DNA of 64,000 bases from Enoplolaimus lenunculus (Eukaryota), in NCBI GenBank assembly GCA_030248215.1, contig JASANG010000295.1, positions 310,001-374,000 on the forward strand, written 5' to 3'. Each line of letters begins with the position of its first letter. The stretch's first letter is position 1. Under the pieces are notes generated by a model. The model was not told the DNA's origin. It saw only the letters and a list, made by a program, of their open reading frames with translations, and searched no databases. This document shows, piece after piece, positions 14,272 to 28,820 of this stretch. The translations under genes were made by a program, and so were the position numbers.

Positions 14272-17200
14272 AAAAATTAAGCCAGGGAAACTTCAACTAT
14301 CCAAAATTGAGTCTTAGTTCTGCCAAGAGTGTATAGTACAAGAGTGTGCAACTCTTACTTTAGCGTGGTACAAAATGTACCAGCCGGCGCTGCGTTTTTG
14401 GTAGACCCCCTTTGTTTAGAGGGCGGTCGTATTCACATGCCATATAACCATAACGTAAACTATAAAGGGATCATGTTTAACACCGCATACATATGAAGTG
14501 TCATGGTTTGCACCGGTTGTGCCCCCACCTAAATAAAGGAGGGTAGGACAAAACGCAACGCGTGCCGGGTAAATTCTTTTCTACACAGAATGTACCGAGT
14601 TGCATACTTTTGTTGAAGTATGTTGCATCATCCACTCTTGGTTCAACTAATGTCAATTTTAACATTGGAAATCGAAGCCAGTGAGTGCTTCAGTTAAAAA
14701 ACAAAACTTTACATCATTACGTACAATTAATAACTTTTAACTCACTTTACAATGCACTTCAGTGACACATCTGCGTTAAATATTACTACATACGACGTCA
14801 TCTTATTTTAGTGACGTGCGGTTCTTATGTATCGCAAAATTTGATCTGACAAATTTTTCAAGGTCGTATGCGGGGTTTCGGCGATAAGCCCCGAATAAAT
14901 TTGTGTTACCCGACAACTTTGGACCAACTTACCTAGATGGTTTCGTGGGTTAGCCATTTCCTACAGTGTATAATTCATATTAACCCTTTAGCAGCTTCCC
15001 AGATGGGTATTACAAGAATTTGCGGTCCTGGTCAAATTAATAAAGTCGCAAGTGGTTGCATATAACCTCAGCTAAAACTTTGGCAACAACGTAAATATAT
15101 GCCCTTGATGTTAACACGCCAACGTGGTGTGCAAAAAAGGGAAAAAGATCTGTTTATTACAGTCCCAAATTACAAAAAAATACAGCGACGTCATTGATGC
15201 TGGTTTTAAGTGATCTTTAGGGCAGACGGAAAACACGCCTGAAGAGCGGGACACGGCACAAAAAACTCTGTATTTTTACGTCATGTCATTGCGTTTTAAC
15301 TCGTTGCAACAATAGAAATTTTAGGAATAAAATGGTTTGAAACCAAATATTTCAAGAAAATTCGGATGCTCTCTGAACCGTTTCAGGCAACAAGTGCCTA
15401 AGAGTCTACTACCCTGTACACATTGATCTATTACAAGCTTTTTGTGGCTGGTACTTAAATTTATTTGTATTTTTGACCTTGGCCCGCATATCCCGAAACA
15501 TCCGTGTCACAAGTTTGCACGCTACAACCGGAGGTCAGCATCCGGTATGGTTCCAGCAAAAAAATTGACGTCTGGTTCTTTTTGGATTTTTGACTTCGGG
15601 AATTTTAGTTGTGAATTTTTGCACAATTTTACAAAAATTGTACCGTATGGAGCGTTTGACTTAGACTTTTGATAGAGCTTTGAGAACTTAATTATCGGGA
15701 ATTCTTAAAAACACGTCGAAAACCAAAATTGTGACATTTCGCAGGTATCTGCGAAAATTAGCAAATTAAAAATTATTTAACTACACAATTTCGGTTCATA
15801 GCCGGCTACTTCTCCAGCTCCGGCAAGTTTTGTCGTCTCCGGCTACGGCAATTTTCAGCTCCAGATAGACTCTGGTTAATGGTGTCAAATCGAATAACTT
15901 TAAAATTATGCAGCGGTTTGAGTCTCGAAATTTAATACATTTGGTCTGTTTAATTTACCGTTCAAGTAGACAGAAATAAGAGAGATCATCATCCAGTGGT
16001 ACTTCGAACATTTATAGCCCTATTTACTATCTAGCAGGAGGTGCTGTGCAGTTGGGAACACATTTCAACTGCTAGCAGGATACACCACCCATTAACCCAA
16101 AAGGGTCTGTCTTGCCTGCTGAGAGACAGAGAAATTGAGAGACATAGAGACTGTGACTCTCACGCTTGGCTTGGAAATAGTATTAGGCGTATGTTTAGGC
16201 TTGCGCTTACTTAAGCTCCAGGTCCAGAGTTAGACTTAGTTGTCAAGTCCCTATAATAAACATGGACCCACCCAATGATGCTTTATCACAACCCGATCAA
16301 TCGAAAACTGTAGTTTACGTTGGACAAACAATATTTTCAACTAAAATTAGAGAGAAAATAATAATTGATAATTTCAACAACATGAGGTGTTAAAAATAAG
16401 GGGCGTATACAAGGCGAAGCACTGAGTAGATGTATACCTACTTACCTCCCGAAATTTCTGAATGACAAAACTTCAGATCTAACGGACTTTAGAGCAGCTG
16501 TCTGAATGATAGAGTCAAAATATTGTTTTACATGAAAGATTATACCGTCTCAAACAATAACTTAGCTACGCTAATGTAACAAAAATAGCAATCGTGTGCA
16601 ACTCTGTAGAGGAAAAGCTGAAAACTTTTACCACTCAATTATCGTCAAAGTGAACAGAGCTAGAGTTAAGCAACAAGTTTCTACGCTAGCATCGTCACGC
16701 TGCAGCGGGCCCATAGCCAGAAGGGGCCACCGGACATTTTAACACGCCGTAAGCCCCCCTCTGAGCAAGTTTTAGCTGCGCAAGTTAAGAGAAGTCCTGT
16801 GGTTACGTTAATAATATGCCCTATAGCCAGCTCAATGTTATAGAAGACAAAAATTGCAAAGAGTGTCCATATAGAAATTTACCATAATTGCTTAGATAAT
16901 GCCTAAACCTTTTCTCTGAAAGATCGAATTTTTTTCATAAGTTCGAGCATCCCTGCCCTCCCTTTCCTTAGCTACTTGGGACCGGTCTGAAATTACAAAT
17001 TGGTCATAGTTAGTCTGGGACAAGCATGTATGTGCATAGTATGTGCTTGTGTTTGTGTTCGGGTGTATGTATATTATACACAGCGAAATGACTCTGTCAT
17101 CATGTTTATGACGTCTGTATATGTATTCCTATCAGAACTGAACAACAAGTTTAGCATGATTTAGTATTCACATCTTCTAAAAAAAGTTTGCTCTCGAACA

Positions 17201-18977
17201 GTGGCACACGGGCCTCTGTTAGCTGTTCAAGCCTTGCAAATAGAAGTTGAGGAAACTGTATGGACGGGGCCTAAAGCCGCTCTTAAAACTTACGTACGAA
17301 TTGTCCATAAAGTTCTCTTTTGAATGATGTACAATTCTTTACGTTAAAATATATGTTAGGAGGCAACAAATCGAAATTTGAGGGATTAAGCATGTGCTTT
17401 AATAATTGACAATATTTTCAAATATTTGTAGACACTTGATTTCAACACCTTTTAGGTGATATAGAATTTAGACCTCTGGTTTATAAATTGTGACCATTGG
17501 CCTTTATATACAAGTTCAAACTGCCCAATCTGGAACAGTGTGGGATTTTGACATTTGCACCAAAGGCTGCTATTTTATTTCAACAGTTTGAAAACCAAAC
17601 CTTAGAACGCATACGATGTATGCTATACCCAATCGAGAATACAACTGCTTTTCTTGCTTTAAAACACCTTGCACAGCAGAGCACGTTTACTCGCTCGCTA
17701 CTCTCGCTCGGAAGCAACTTTGGAACAAAGTCTTTAGTCATCCACTTCCGAAATGATTTCATAACTACGTCCATGGCAAACGACCATCATTAATTGTACA
17801 TGATATACTTGTCATATTTTTGGCTACAAAATGTTTCAAAATACCATAGCCCTGTTTGATTTTAATTAACCAACAAACGATATTCAATTAATTTCAGACG
17901 TTGAATACGGTTTCCAAAGTACGACTGTTTTAAAATTTCAACTAAACTTGAAATGGTGAATAACTTCACAGCTTTATCATATTATGGCCGAGATATAACT
18001 GAAAATAGTCGTTTGACCTTTACTGGATGAAATTTTGTGATGAACCAAATTGTTCATGCGAACAATAGCATCCGCTACTGATGCTCGCATTTCGTCGCTA
18101 TGCCGAACTGGAGCAAGAACCGAACTAAAAATACATTATGCTTATAATTTCTGTCAACTTTGCCGTCATGCACTATTAATTTGCGGCGGTCCGCCTAATA
18201 AATCAAAAGTTCCGCACAGATGTATTCGCCGCTAGCCGTATGTTAAATATATAACGGCTTGTCAATTATATAAGCCTGAGCCTATGCAGCGTGAGCAAAA
18301 ACGTAAGCCTAGACCTAAGCAAGCCTAATGTGTAACACTGCTTATTGTTTAATCCCTCAGAGTTCTTACTTCCCAATGAGCGGATCAGGGCCGGATTAAG
18401 GTGATGGGAGGCCCGGGCCCTATATAAACAGGAGGTCTGAGGCCCGTATGACTTCGAGGCCCGGGGACCATATGACTATCTGACCCTTTTATTAACCATA
18501 ATATTTTATATATTAGAGCTTAAAGTGACAAAAGTATAAAACAAAATTTACGGCCCAGGGACTGTTCCAGATTGGCGCTTAGAGAAGTCACTTACGATTC
18601 CACCGAAGTCTAAAAATTTTGGGAAGTGCGAAAATGGCCGGTGTGGGCCCCGCTTTGTTTGTTTTTCTTACTTTTTGGACAACCCTATTTTCCAAAATTT
18701 TCTTTCAACACACTCTTAAGGTGGCACCGAATCCACGATTCAAATCCATAGCTAATTTGCCGAATCAAATCCGAATCTTGCATGCTGCGAATTTCAGATA
18801 TCTCTATATTTTGTTTCAGTATATCAACGCAATGCCAGCAGCATAACTTTAAACGTTGGTATATACATTTAGTGCTCGGCCGCAGTACTGACATTTGTGA
18901 ATTGCAATAAAAAATACTGACTTATATAACAATTTACTTGAATTTTATTGCTTTAAAATGAAAAAAAAAACATATTG

Positions 18978-19294
18978 TATCCGGTACTGCAACTATCCGT
19001 TGAATTAAACTTTTATTTGTCTTGCGTCAATAGCTTGAGCGATCATGCAAGGTATACTTAGGAATGTACTTTCAAAATTTAAGTCCGCTTTAAAGTTTCG
19101 AACTCAACTTTATTTGTTGCTGGAGTCATTTATGCACTATAATTAGGAATAACTGACCTTCGTGGACTCTAATTAGGATTTAGGTAATCTATCCGCTTAC
19201 GGACTCTTATTACGGATGCGGACGCCTATTGATTAGGACTCAAAATGGGGACCCTCTCTTATTACCTCACACCCTCTTATTCGGGTCACTACAG
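18978..19294 (+). mobile_element. MITE family B, 5'-truncated copy
   Basis: Aligns by eye to 19460-19720; ends ctcttattcgggtcactacag|ta. Confidence 0.8.
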
Positions 19295-19332
19295 TAAGCG
19301 TTGGAAAAATGTGTTCCTAAAGGCTAAGCCTA

Positions 19333-19720
19333 CTGTAGTGACCCGAATAAGAGGGGGGTGATATATATTTGGCCTCTCCAGAGGGTACCCCCCTTGTTAT
19401 TCGGTTTACGGACTGTTATTTATTTTAACTCACGCTCCGCCACCCTTTGTTACTGATATATATCCGGTACTGCAACTATACGTTGAATTAAACTTTTAAT
19501 ACTTAGGAATGTACATTCAAAATTTAAGTACGCTTTAATATTTCGAACTCAACTTTATTTGGTCCTGGAATCATTTATGCACTGCAATTAGGAGTAACTC
19601 ACCTTCATGGACTCTAATTAGGATTTAGGGACTCTATCCGCTTACGGACTTTTATTACTGATACGGACTCCTATTGATTGGGTCTCAAAATGGGGACCCC
19701 CTCTTATTCGGGTCACTACA
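19333..19720 (+). mobile_element. MITE family B, full copy
   Basis: ta|CTGTAGTGACCCGAATAAGAGGGGG ... CCCCCTCTTATTCGGGTCACTACA|ta; about 25-bp TIR with TA flanks, typical of the Tc1/mariner superfamily. Confidence 0.88.
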
Positions 19721-20880
19721 TAAGCGCTGGAAAAATGTGTTCCTAAAGCCTAAGCCTAAACCTAAGCCTAAGCAAAAAAATCTAATCTAGAATCTAAACC
19801 TACTCTTTTATGGACCCACCAGAAACGTCGACGCCTCTTAAACTAACATGGGTCGTTTGACTGAAGCGAAACAATCCATTTATAACATTTGCTTGTGGGG
19901 CTCAGTCAAAAACGAATTCTGTGACTTGCTATTAATACCTGATAGAAAAATTTTCAGTTACAATCTTCAATATAATTGCTGTCCCCTCAAGCTAAAGCAA
20001 CTTCGCCGTTTAAAATCAAAACATTAGCTGAATAATGTTTTGACAACCGCTAAAATGCTGATGGTCCATCATGTTGTAAGATTTCGGCAAAATTGTCAAA
20101 GGAACTGAAATGCAAATATGCGACAAAGCACTAAAACAGAACCAGTCGACAAAAAAATTTCACTGTCTGCTTGTGATATTTCACTTTCTGGCAAGTCGTC
20201 ACTAAAATGCTTTTAGTTCCGAAACAACGCATTAGTATTTTACAATCGATTTTGAGCCACAGAATAGAATAATTCCTAAATTAAATCATAGCCGAAAGAT
20301 CTGCGTAGACGTAAAATTGAATTAAATTCTCGGCCTGAGAATATTTTTACAAAAGCTTTGACGTTTAGTGATTTTGAGCTAATGGGACCGCATAAGTCAT
20401 AAAAAGTGGGAGCGAAATGCTCCATGGCACAGGGGCGAAAACAGTGAAAATACCTAACGGGGATCCACGATATATGCATAAAATCAAAACTTTGGCTGAA
20501 ATTTAAAGCGACGAGAAACGACTTTTTTGCTGGTTTTTACATCACTATACTGAATCTTTATTTTAGCGCCCAAAAATAGTTGTCCATTTTACTATGTACG
20601 TTCGCTCGCCAAAAACGCTTTATACAACTTGATACCGTTGAGAGATGAAAATCTGGCTACTGCCTTGTGTAAAACAGAACAAAATTTAAACGAGGCAATT
20701 TTATCGGTTTTGAAAATTTTGGGTCGAAAGGAAGTTGGAAATTTTTTCGGCAGAATGGACATGTAAAATTTTCTAGTTTAAATTTAATATGTTCAATTTA
20801 AGATAACAGAGAAGAATTGGTCAAACATACGGAAAATCAACATTAAAATCGCTGAAATGTTATTAATGTGTTGTTATGTA

Positions 20881-21317
20881 ATGTAGGGACCCGAATACGA
20901 GGAGGTAATAAGCAGGGGGTCTTCATTTTGAGTCCAAATCAATAGAAGTCCGTATCCCTAATAAGAGTCCGTAAGCGGATAGAGTCCCTAAACCCTAATT
21001 AGAGTTCATAAATGTCTATTATCTCTAATTGTAGTGCATAAATGACTCCAGGACCGAATAATATTGAGTCGAAACTTTGTCCCATGCATAACTTTTGAAG
21101 TTATTTCTATGTATAACCTAACAATACCGCTCAAGCTTTTGATACAACACAAATAAACGTTTAACTCAACGAATTGTAGCAATACTGAACATATATCGAA
21201 AACGAAGGGCCGCGGAGGGTGAGGTAGAAATAAATAACAGACCGTACACTGGATAACGGGGGTGCCCTCTTGAGATGCCAATTAAATATCAGTGCCCCCT
21301 TATTCGGGTCACAACAG
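20881..21317 (-). mobile_element. MITE family B, inverted copy
   Basis: tgtagggacccgaatacgagg ... ccccttattcgggtcacaacag|ta; internal sequence is the reverse complement of 19333-19720. Confidence 0.85.
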
Positions 21318-21777
21318 TATTAACTGTATGGGGCAGATTACACAAGTTTTTATAGGACCCTAAGGGTTTTATGGAGGTTAGAAGAATTCCTCATTAAATA
21401 GGACGAGGTGGAGATACCATAGGCCGCCCCACTTTTGTTTCTGCTGCTAGTCATTTATTCTGTTGCAACCATAAAACTGGCAAAGCTTTTCGGTTCTTCA
21501 TTTCTCGCGATCAAACCAGAACCGTAGATGAAATATTCAAATCACCACCGAAAAGTGTGCTGTTGTATGCGCTTCTTAAATAAATTCAGAGTTTCTGAAT
21601 TATTGAAGAAGCTTGAATTAATTCGAATATGGAACTTGGTTGATATTTCGCAGTCTACGGCGATTGTGAATGAAAATGATGTTTCCTTGCAGATATTTGC
21701 AGATGCAAGAAACTTGTGCAAGTTGCAGCTGCGAGTTCTCGCAGCAAAAACTTGTACATGTGACTAGAGCTTTAATT

Positions 21778-24700
21778 TCAAGTCATTTTTGATTTAGAAT
21801 TGTACTTAAATATTGGCCTGTCTCTTTCCCAACTATCTTCATGGCTTGATGAGTTGCTTTCAATGTCGTTTTCTGCTTGAAAGGCGGAGGTTCGCTTCGA
21901 TGCCTCGACCACATGAGCTAAAATTTTATGAATAAAATTTTATATATCAATTTTCAAATATTGCGCAAAAATGCTCGAATATTACAGCACAAATTAACCC
22001 TTACTCATACGAATGATAACTATTGTGTACATTAAGTTCAATCCAGGATTTGAATTGCAGCCTCACAGGTTGGAGGCTTTTACCATTACTACTCAGCTAT
22101 AGGAGCTGGATACTCGAGCCGTAGGTGCTCTCACATCTTGTATACAGAAGTCGCACTGCCGTCATGTGCACAATTTGTACTTAGCATACGCGTACTATAA
22201 ATCGTTAAACGCTGCGCATTGGGCATTTATTCATGTGTACAGATTGCTCTACGTTGTTCACAGGCTACTCCATATGGGAAGGGGTTAAAATTAAACTATG
22301 CTTTAACGAACCATGCCCTATACCAAATCGTGAGCTTATAAACATCATTGTCTCTTGTATAAGTATAGATAGGCGGTTCACCAGCTTAATGTGTATTAAA
22401 TATAAGTCCGAGAGCCTTTATCAGTGATCAATTGATTTCAATTCTGGCTCTATTGTCGAGATCATATTTTTCGTAAATCAAAAAAGGTTGCCATGTGACG
22501 CTTGTACGCATTCCAACAAAAGGTTAAACTTAAAACTAAGCCAAAATTAAACCCTAATCCTAAGTCGACGTCAAGTATATAATGCTAAAATTTTAAAATT
22601 TCATAAATTGTGGGAGGAAAGTGTTCCATGCTATAAACTGTAGGAGGAAAGTGTACCATACTATAAACTGTGAGAGGAAAGTGTACCATACTAGACTTGG
22701 CTGCATCACCTATGACGAGCTAATTAAGCACTCAATGGCTGCATTTCTGAACGCCACATAAGTGTTAATTGTTATGCCTAAGTAATTGCTTATAAATTGT
22801 CGACTTGCAAATATGTACTTTAACGTTTGAGCAAAAACAAATAATTGTCAGCCTTGACCCAGTGATATGACAAGGATGTCATGGTTTTGTATGATTTTAC
22901 AATTTTAAACAGATTATACCTAATTTGCGCGATCTATTAGTCTCTAAAACATCGAATTTGGTGAAGACATAAGTTATTTGCCTAATTTATCCATACTTTT
23001 AGAAACGACAAAAGTTGGTTAGCTAATTGCTTAGAACGTGAAGTCGTACGTTCTTAAGTAGGCTTTCACAAACCCAGCCATTTTTCACAAATAGTCTTTA
23101 CAGCATAAGTTAAAACATTCGCGGATCCAACGGGGCCACTCCGGCCTAGGCCTCCAACAGGGAACAAAATCAAGTGTTGTATTGTTTAGCACCAAAATGG
23201 CGTTCGCTTCTCGCTCGTTTTGGAGCGAGCTTTTTTATCTCGCACGGCCCCATTTAGAAATTTCTTTATCCGCCACATGTCACAAAAGTTCTCTAAATAC
23301 CTGCATCATCTTGTGTTTGATTAGCAGAACTGCTGAGTTCGTTTGCAGATTTCAGCTCGTGCAATCCAAATCTTGCCGTTCCAGTCGGATGTTCTGGTGG
23401 CGCAATTCCGTTTGGTGCACGCCCGACAACCACAGACGCGCTTTTGCAACTACTCAGCGCTCCAGAATTAACTCGCTTGCGCCAGCGAACAAACGCACGA
23501 ATCCATATTAACACAGTGAATGCAGCACACGATATAAAAGTTGCAAGCGTAATTAGAACGAACGCAAACCAAAATGCAAGTTCGAAGCGAGTACGCAGTA
23601 GCAGGCGACATCTCCAATTGAAATATGTTGTTAAATTGCAAGCAGTTGTGTACTGTAAATAATGCAATAAAGCATGCTTTTATCAGCGTTCCCGGGAGCC
23701 GTCACAATCTGCTACTGTCAAAACGAGGACTGTGACCGATCTCGGGAACTCTTTTATTTTCCCACCACAATGGAACCCTCATCCCAGCAAACGGAAAGTT
23801 CTCTTTCATTTCAATATAAAGCTTTGTTGTACCCTTGTTCGCTCATGACGCTGCAAACCTTCAAACTTCGCACTAAACACAGTGACGGATCCAGAAATTT
23901 CTGGCGGGGGATGCACAAGTGGAAAATGTTCTATTTTGTCATATTATGGTTATACATATTTTGACGCATATAAAAACAGCCAAAAGTTACACACATGGGA
24001 CTATGTATAGAACATGTCCCTCCCAATTTCCTGAGTAATATTCCAATTTCCCGAAATGCTAATTTTCCGGGAATTCCAAGTCCCCAAAAGTGAAGTCTAT
24101 TCAGAAGTTTAGGTTCAGACTCAGGATACGCTTAATCTTGAGCTTACGCTCTAGGCTAAAGTTTAGGTGTAGGCTCAGGTTTGGGCATAGGCTAAAGGGA
24201 CCACAGACAGAGAGGGGTGGCGGTTCCCCCCAAACTCCACGGTGGGACCCCAAACTCGTGAGCACAGCGACCGATAAGGCAGACGCGTTTTAAAACGTGT
24301 CAAAGCACATAGAAAATTAGATGTGCTGAGTTTCTGGGCGAAGCCCCTAAACAACTGTGAAATTTTGAGATATCGGAACAGTAATTTGCACTGTAAGTTT
24401 GATTTTAACCCTAAAAAAGATTACACTTGGCAGCCGGTGGGGGATTGCATCTTCCCATCTCTCACTGGATTCGCTCTTGACTAAACGGTTCTAGCCAAAG
24501 TTTGCAAGATCTTCATTAGAATTTTTAGCTGTTTCACTACTGAACAACCTTGCGTCTTGAAACTGTTATACAAATCGGAGAGTGGGTAGCAACAGGCACG
24601 TGTGAACAGGAGTGTCTGGGGGTGTTAGGCGATTCCCACGAAAAAGAACAGTAGTGTTTCCGGTGTTTCCGACATCTCTTAAAACCCACTGAGACTAAAG

Positions 24701-27700
24701 TTTGGTGGTGGAATTTAAATTAAATTTATTTAATGCAAAATATTTGCCGGCTTTAGGGTCGCATTGATTGTAAGGTTTTTTTGAACCACTCTGCCTGACG
24801 TTTAAGTTTTGGTTGCTTGCCAAAGATGAGATTTTTAGTCGGATTTCATGGCCCCTTCCCGTTTTTCGGTTAAACTGCTGACCTCCAGTTCGACACCCGT
24901 GGAAAAAAATCGTTCCCGCGGGTCCGACGGCAGCCTTCCTGAAAACTTAAACAAGTACGTTCGAGTATGTTTAATAAGTGTCACAGTTTGAAGTTAAGAA
25001 GCTGACCTCATTTGATTTGCATGGACGCGAAGTAGAATGTTTCACATGTTGTTTCTCTCAATGATCTCAAGCAGCATAACCCACTCTTAGTCAACATATT
25101 TGCCGCTGAAATTTTGTTTTTAGGTATTTGAACTGCGGTATGACGGATTGTCCCTAACATTGATTGGATTGCACAAAAAATTTTGTCATGATTTGAGTAC
25201 CTTTGTTTGCTAATGATATATTTTGAAAATTTTGACCAGCTTCACAGAGACTGCTATATTGGAAGCGACCAGTATGTTGTGTTTACTTGGAGAAACAGCA
25301 ACAAAACATATCGGAAACAGTGAGAAATTGGTTTTTCGCTACGCTGCCGTCATCGCGAAGGTTGATTTATACTGGAGAGGAATCTGTGGCGGATCCAAGA
25401 AAGTTTAAAATAGAGGACCGCAAGAAATATAGTCGAGGCCCTCGAGTGCGAAGCGAGCCACAAACCAAACGCCCTTTTAGTGCTAAACCTTTATTTACAA
25501 AATCTTGTTTCCACCGTTGGATCCGCCAGAGGGGATACATACCTCTCCTAAACTTCTGGAAAGACCAGGAGAACACATGTCTACAGGTTCTAATTTATAC
25601 GGTGGTACTTCATTAAAGCTACGGTGGCTCCTCAGAGGTAGACGCAGGGTGAGTACAGTTGCGTGTCCTCTCGCACCAGCAGTCATACGGTGACAAAAAG
25701 TATGTTATACAAATGCTTAGTGGCATTCCTGCTATTATATACTTCTTTAATCTTAAAGTGATTGCTATATCTATGTGAGATTTTGCTGTTTCGCTTTGAT
25801 ACAACATTTATTGCAGAATGCAGATATATGCCACGTTTTGTTCGGAATTAAATTAATTTCATTTTAGTTGTCTGACAGCTCTGTTCTCTGTAGTGTGTAT
25901 AGTACGCTTTAATCATCATGTGTTATCAAATGTTGATACTTAATAAAATAGTCATTTTATTCTCCCAAAGCATTGTTGAAAGATAAAAATCATCCATCAA
26001 CATTTTTTGTGCTTGTGGACGCATTAGTGCATAGTATCAAATTTTTTGGTCTTTTCCGTTTTTTCCGCAAAAACGAAAATAAATGTTTTTTCCGTCGACT
26101 CAAAATTTTCCGAAAAAACCCAACCCTAAATGCTACTGAATAAAACACTCGGAAGCTTTTGGCTACGGCTGCTACTAATTTAAATTACAACATTAAACTT
26201 ACATGATTTATGCCTGTGTATGGCGTGTTTTTAATGGTCATCGTATCCCTGGGAGGCTTGAAAATTATATGAACAAAATAACTTTCTGTTTCTGAACAAA
26301 CGAGCTGTGAGCTGTCGATTAGAGGGAAGTAACACTGGTATTGACCCGTTTCGTTAACGTTTGAAGTAAGTGCGCTGCAGTTTATAACACTGTTGTTGTT
26401 GGAGCTGAAAATTGTTTTTCCAAACAAGTATTTTGAACCAGCATTCAACGTTCGAATTATTTTATACAATTTTTTCTGACGGTAAATGGTTGAACCCAGA
26501 GTCTATCAGCTGAGCACGGCGCGGAAAGCATAAATTTATGGAGCTCAGTGATAAAAAAATGTTTAAGCCGCTTGGCAAGGCGGGAAATCAGGGAGTCGAC
26601 AAAAATGTATAATTAACTGTTTCAGTAAATTTTAGCTCATTCAATATTAATGTGTTTCTTTCAGGGAGCTTGGGGGCGGCATCCCCCATCCTGCTTAAAA
26701 TTCCTTCAAATCTCAGGGGCTGCATGGAAGCGGCAGCCTCCCTGAAAAACATAACGCAAAGTTGACGAAAATTTTGGCGCTTGAAACTAGATTTCAAACA
26801 GGAAACCAAAACATTTTTGTACAAGTGAAAAAGTTCCCGTCGCATTTGCGTAGTGGCAGGTTGAAACTACAAAAGTGACCATTTTTGAAAACACAGGTCC
26901 AGTTCAGCACAAATATTTAAAAAATTCTCCAACAAAACATGTTCTTTGACTTCACCACTTCCGAGAGATGTGCCAATATTTGTTTAGTTTTTAGTGAAAT
27001 ATATATTTTAAAAAATAAGCATCACTGAAAATTTCTTCTCCAACCCCCTACAACTTGGGGGATGACTGGCTGCGAATTTGGAATTAAATTGTATTTATAA
27101 GTTAAAATAATGCTATTCAATGGCAAAGAAACGGTTGCACATTTATATTATTAAAGCTGTAACGCTGCATATTTGTATTTTGGGCAAGTTTCCAGCATAC
27201 TTTGTTTACAGTAGTTTCCTAGCACATATAGAAGGGATTCTATAATTAGAAAAATAGCATACAAGTTTTTATGCATCCACTATACACTTTTACGCATTGC
27301 GCAAAGTTGGACGACTAGTACCCAAAACGACACGTGCTTCATTAAATCTGGCTAAAGTCTAATTAGTTTCTAACCTAGTATCGATCGAACAGCAGTGAAT
27401 GAACACTTACCAGGTTACGTTTAGCACTTTATTATCACATTCCGTAACCAAAATTTGATAATCCTGATAATATTCTTTGCTGGAGTCATTTGTGGGGCAT
27501 TTTTTCAAGATACAACTCACACCAGTAACCATAACTTTACTGGTTTCAGCACTGTTTCTCAATCCGGTTGCAGCATTCATGCCAAGCTGTGTATTATCTA
27601 ATAATATCGGTTCACTGGAAATACTTGTTGGAGCTAACGAAACGTATGAAATAGTAGCAGTGTATAAAAAAACTGCAAACGCCATTTTATATTGAAACCA

Positions 27701-27703
27701 CAT
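21778..27703 (-). CDS. Predicted 4-exon gene for an uncharacterised type-I membrane glycoprotein (about 328 aa)
   Basis: Exons 27703-27411, 26404-26203, 23652-23301 and 21917-21778 total 987 nt. All junctions are GT-AG and phase-compatible (TG|gtaagt...ttttcag|C; CAT|gtaagt...tttacag|TAC; G|gtattt...ttttag|CT). Signal-peptide-like start (MAFAVFLYTATISYVSLA), 9 Cys and several NxS/T sequons in the ectodomain, one TM (FWFAFVLITLATFISCAAFTVLIWI) followed by RWRKR. Additional small exons cannot be excluded. Confidence 0.7.
21998..22284 (-). mobile_element. piggyBac-like MITE (TTAA flanks) with internal tRNA-like segment
   Basis: TTAA|CCCTTACTCATA ... TATGGGAAGGGG|TTAA; reverse complement aligns with 38940-39203; eroded A box (TAGCTGAGTAG) and B box (ATTCAAATCC) on the minus strand. 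Confidence 0.7.
22603..22692. repeat. 30-bp tandem repeat x3
   Basis: ataaactgtgggaggaaagtgtaccatact repeated three times with few mismatches. Confidence 0.9.
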
Positions 27704-28820
27704 ACGCGCATTCGGTGTCACATGAAGGTAAAGAAAACCATATTATTGAAATTCTACAAGTCGAACACTTTCAATAAATATATTTTAGGTCAAAGCTTTG
27801 TGCGATCAAGACCAATGTAGCTTGATGGCTTAAATTTTGTATACTTGTTTAAATACTATGGAAGGGCGAGTGATGCGTCGCATCGTTATGAAAGCATATT
27901 CATTTGACTACCTAAACTTTTTCTCATTATCAAACGAGTACTATGCTACAAAATTGTTCGGCACTTTTTTTACTTTCCCCAAACAAGGGAAAACTTTTCT
28001 CCCAAAACAAAAATTGCTGGGTTCTCAGAAGGCAGCCATCGCTGATTCCAGGCAAGTTCAAGAGGCTGCAAGCAGAATAGATTGCAAGTTGTTAGGTTTT
28101 GCGTAGCACAAAATTTAAAAGTGAATTTCTTTTGAAAGTACACAATCAGGGGGTCTCCTATACGCAGAACACACATAAACCTAAACAAAGACAAAAAATC
28201 GACAATACCAGAGGATCATTTCAGTTGTTTTTTAATTCCAGGGTTTCAGCCCCTCCATAAAAGAGGAAGGTGGAAAACTAAACCTAAACCTAAAGCCTAA
28301 GCAAGACTTTTGCATTGTGGGGCGCAAACTACAAAAGTGCACACAACTCCCTTTGGTTTTGCCCAAGCCGTATCACATGGCAGGCAGCCGTAGGCCTTAC
28401 AATGTTTAGAACAAGTGAACGCAAATTCTACGTATTTCTTATGCAACTTCCAACAGAACTCAATAACATTTATAGACATTTGATTATACTTGACACAACA
28501 TTTAAAATTACGATTAAATTATATACCAAAACTGAACAATAAAGCATAGACTCTGCACTTTGAAATCGAATTATAACAGTCCTTAGAAACATTTCCAAAT
28601 CAACAACATTAAAAGTTTTCTAAATATTTCAGGCTTCATCGGAGGATCCAGGAAACGACCCACATTAATTAGGGAGGCATATGGGATCTAAAGACTGGGG
28701 AAGTGTAACCGTTAGGCATGGCCTTAGGCATAGCACAGGTTTAGGTTTAAGTTTAGGCATAGGTTTATGTTTAGGCTTAGTTGGAAGGAACATTTAATTA
28801 ACGTGGGCCCAGACAGCAGT

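Noticed and set aside
25200..25810. GC-richer tract with several overlapping short ORFs
   Set aside because: No consistent frame, splice pattern or motif that I can support; lies in an intron of the predicted membrane-protein gene.
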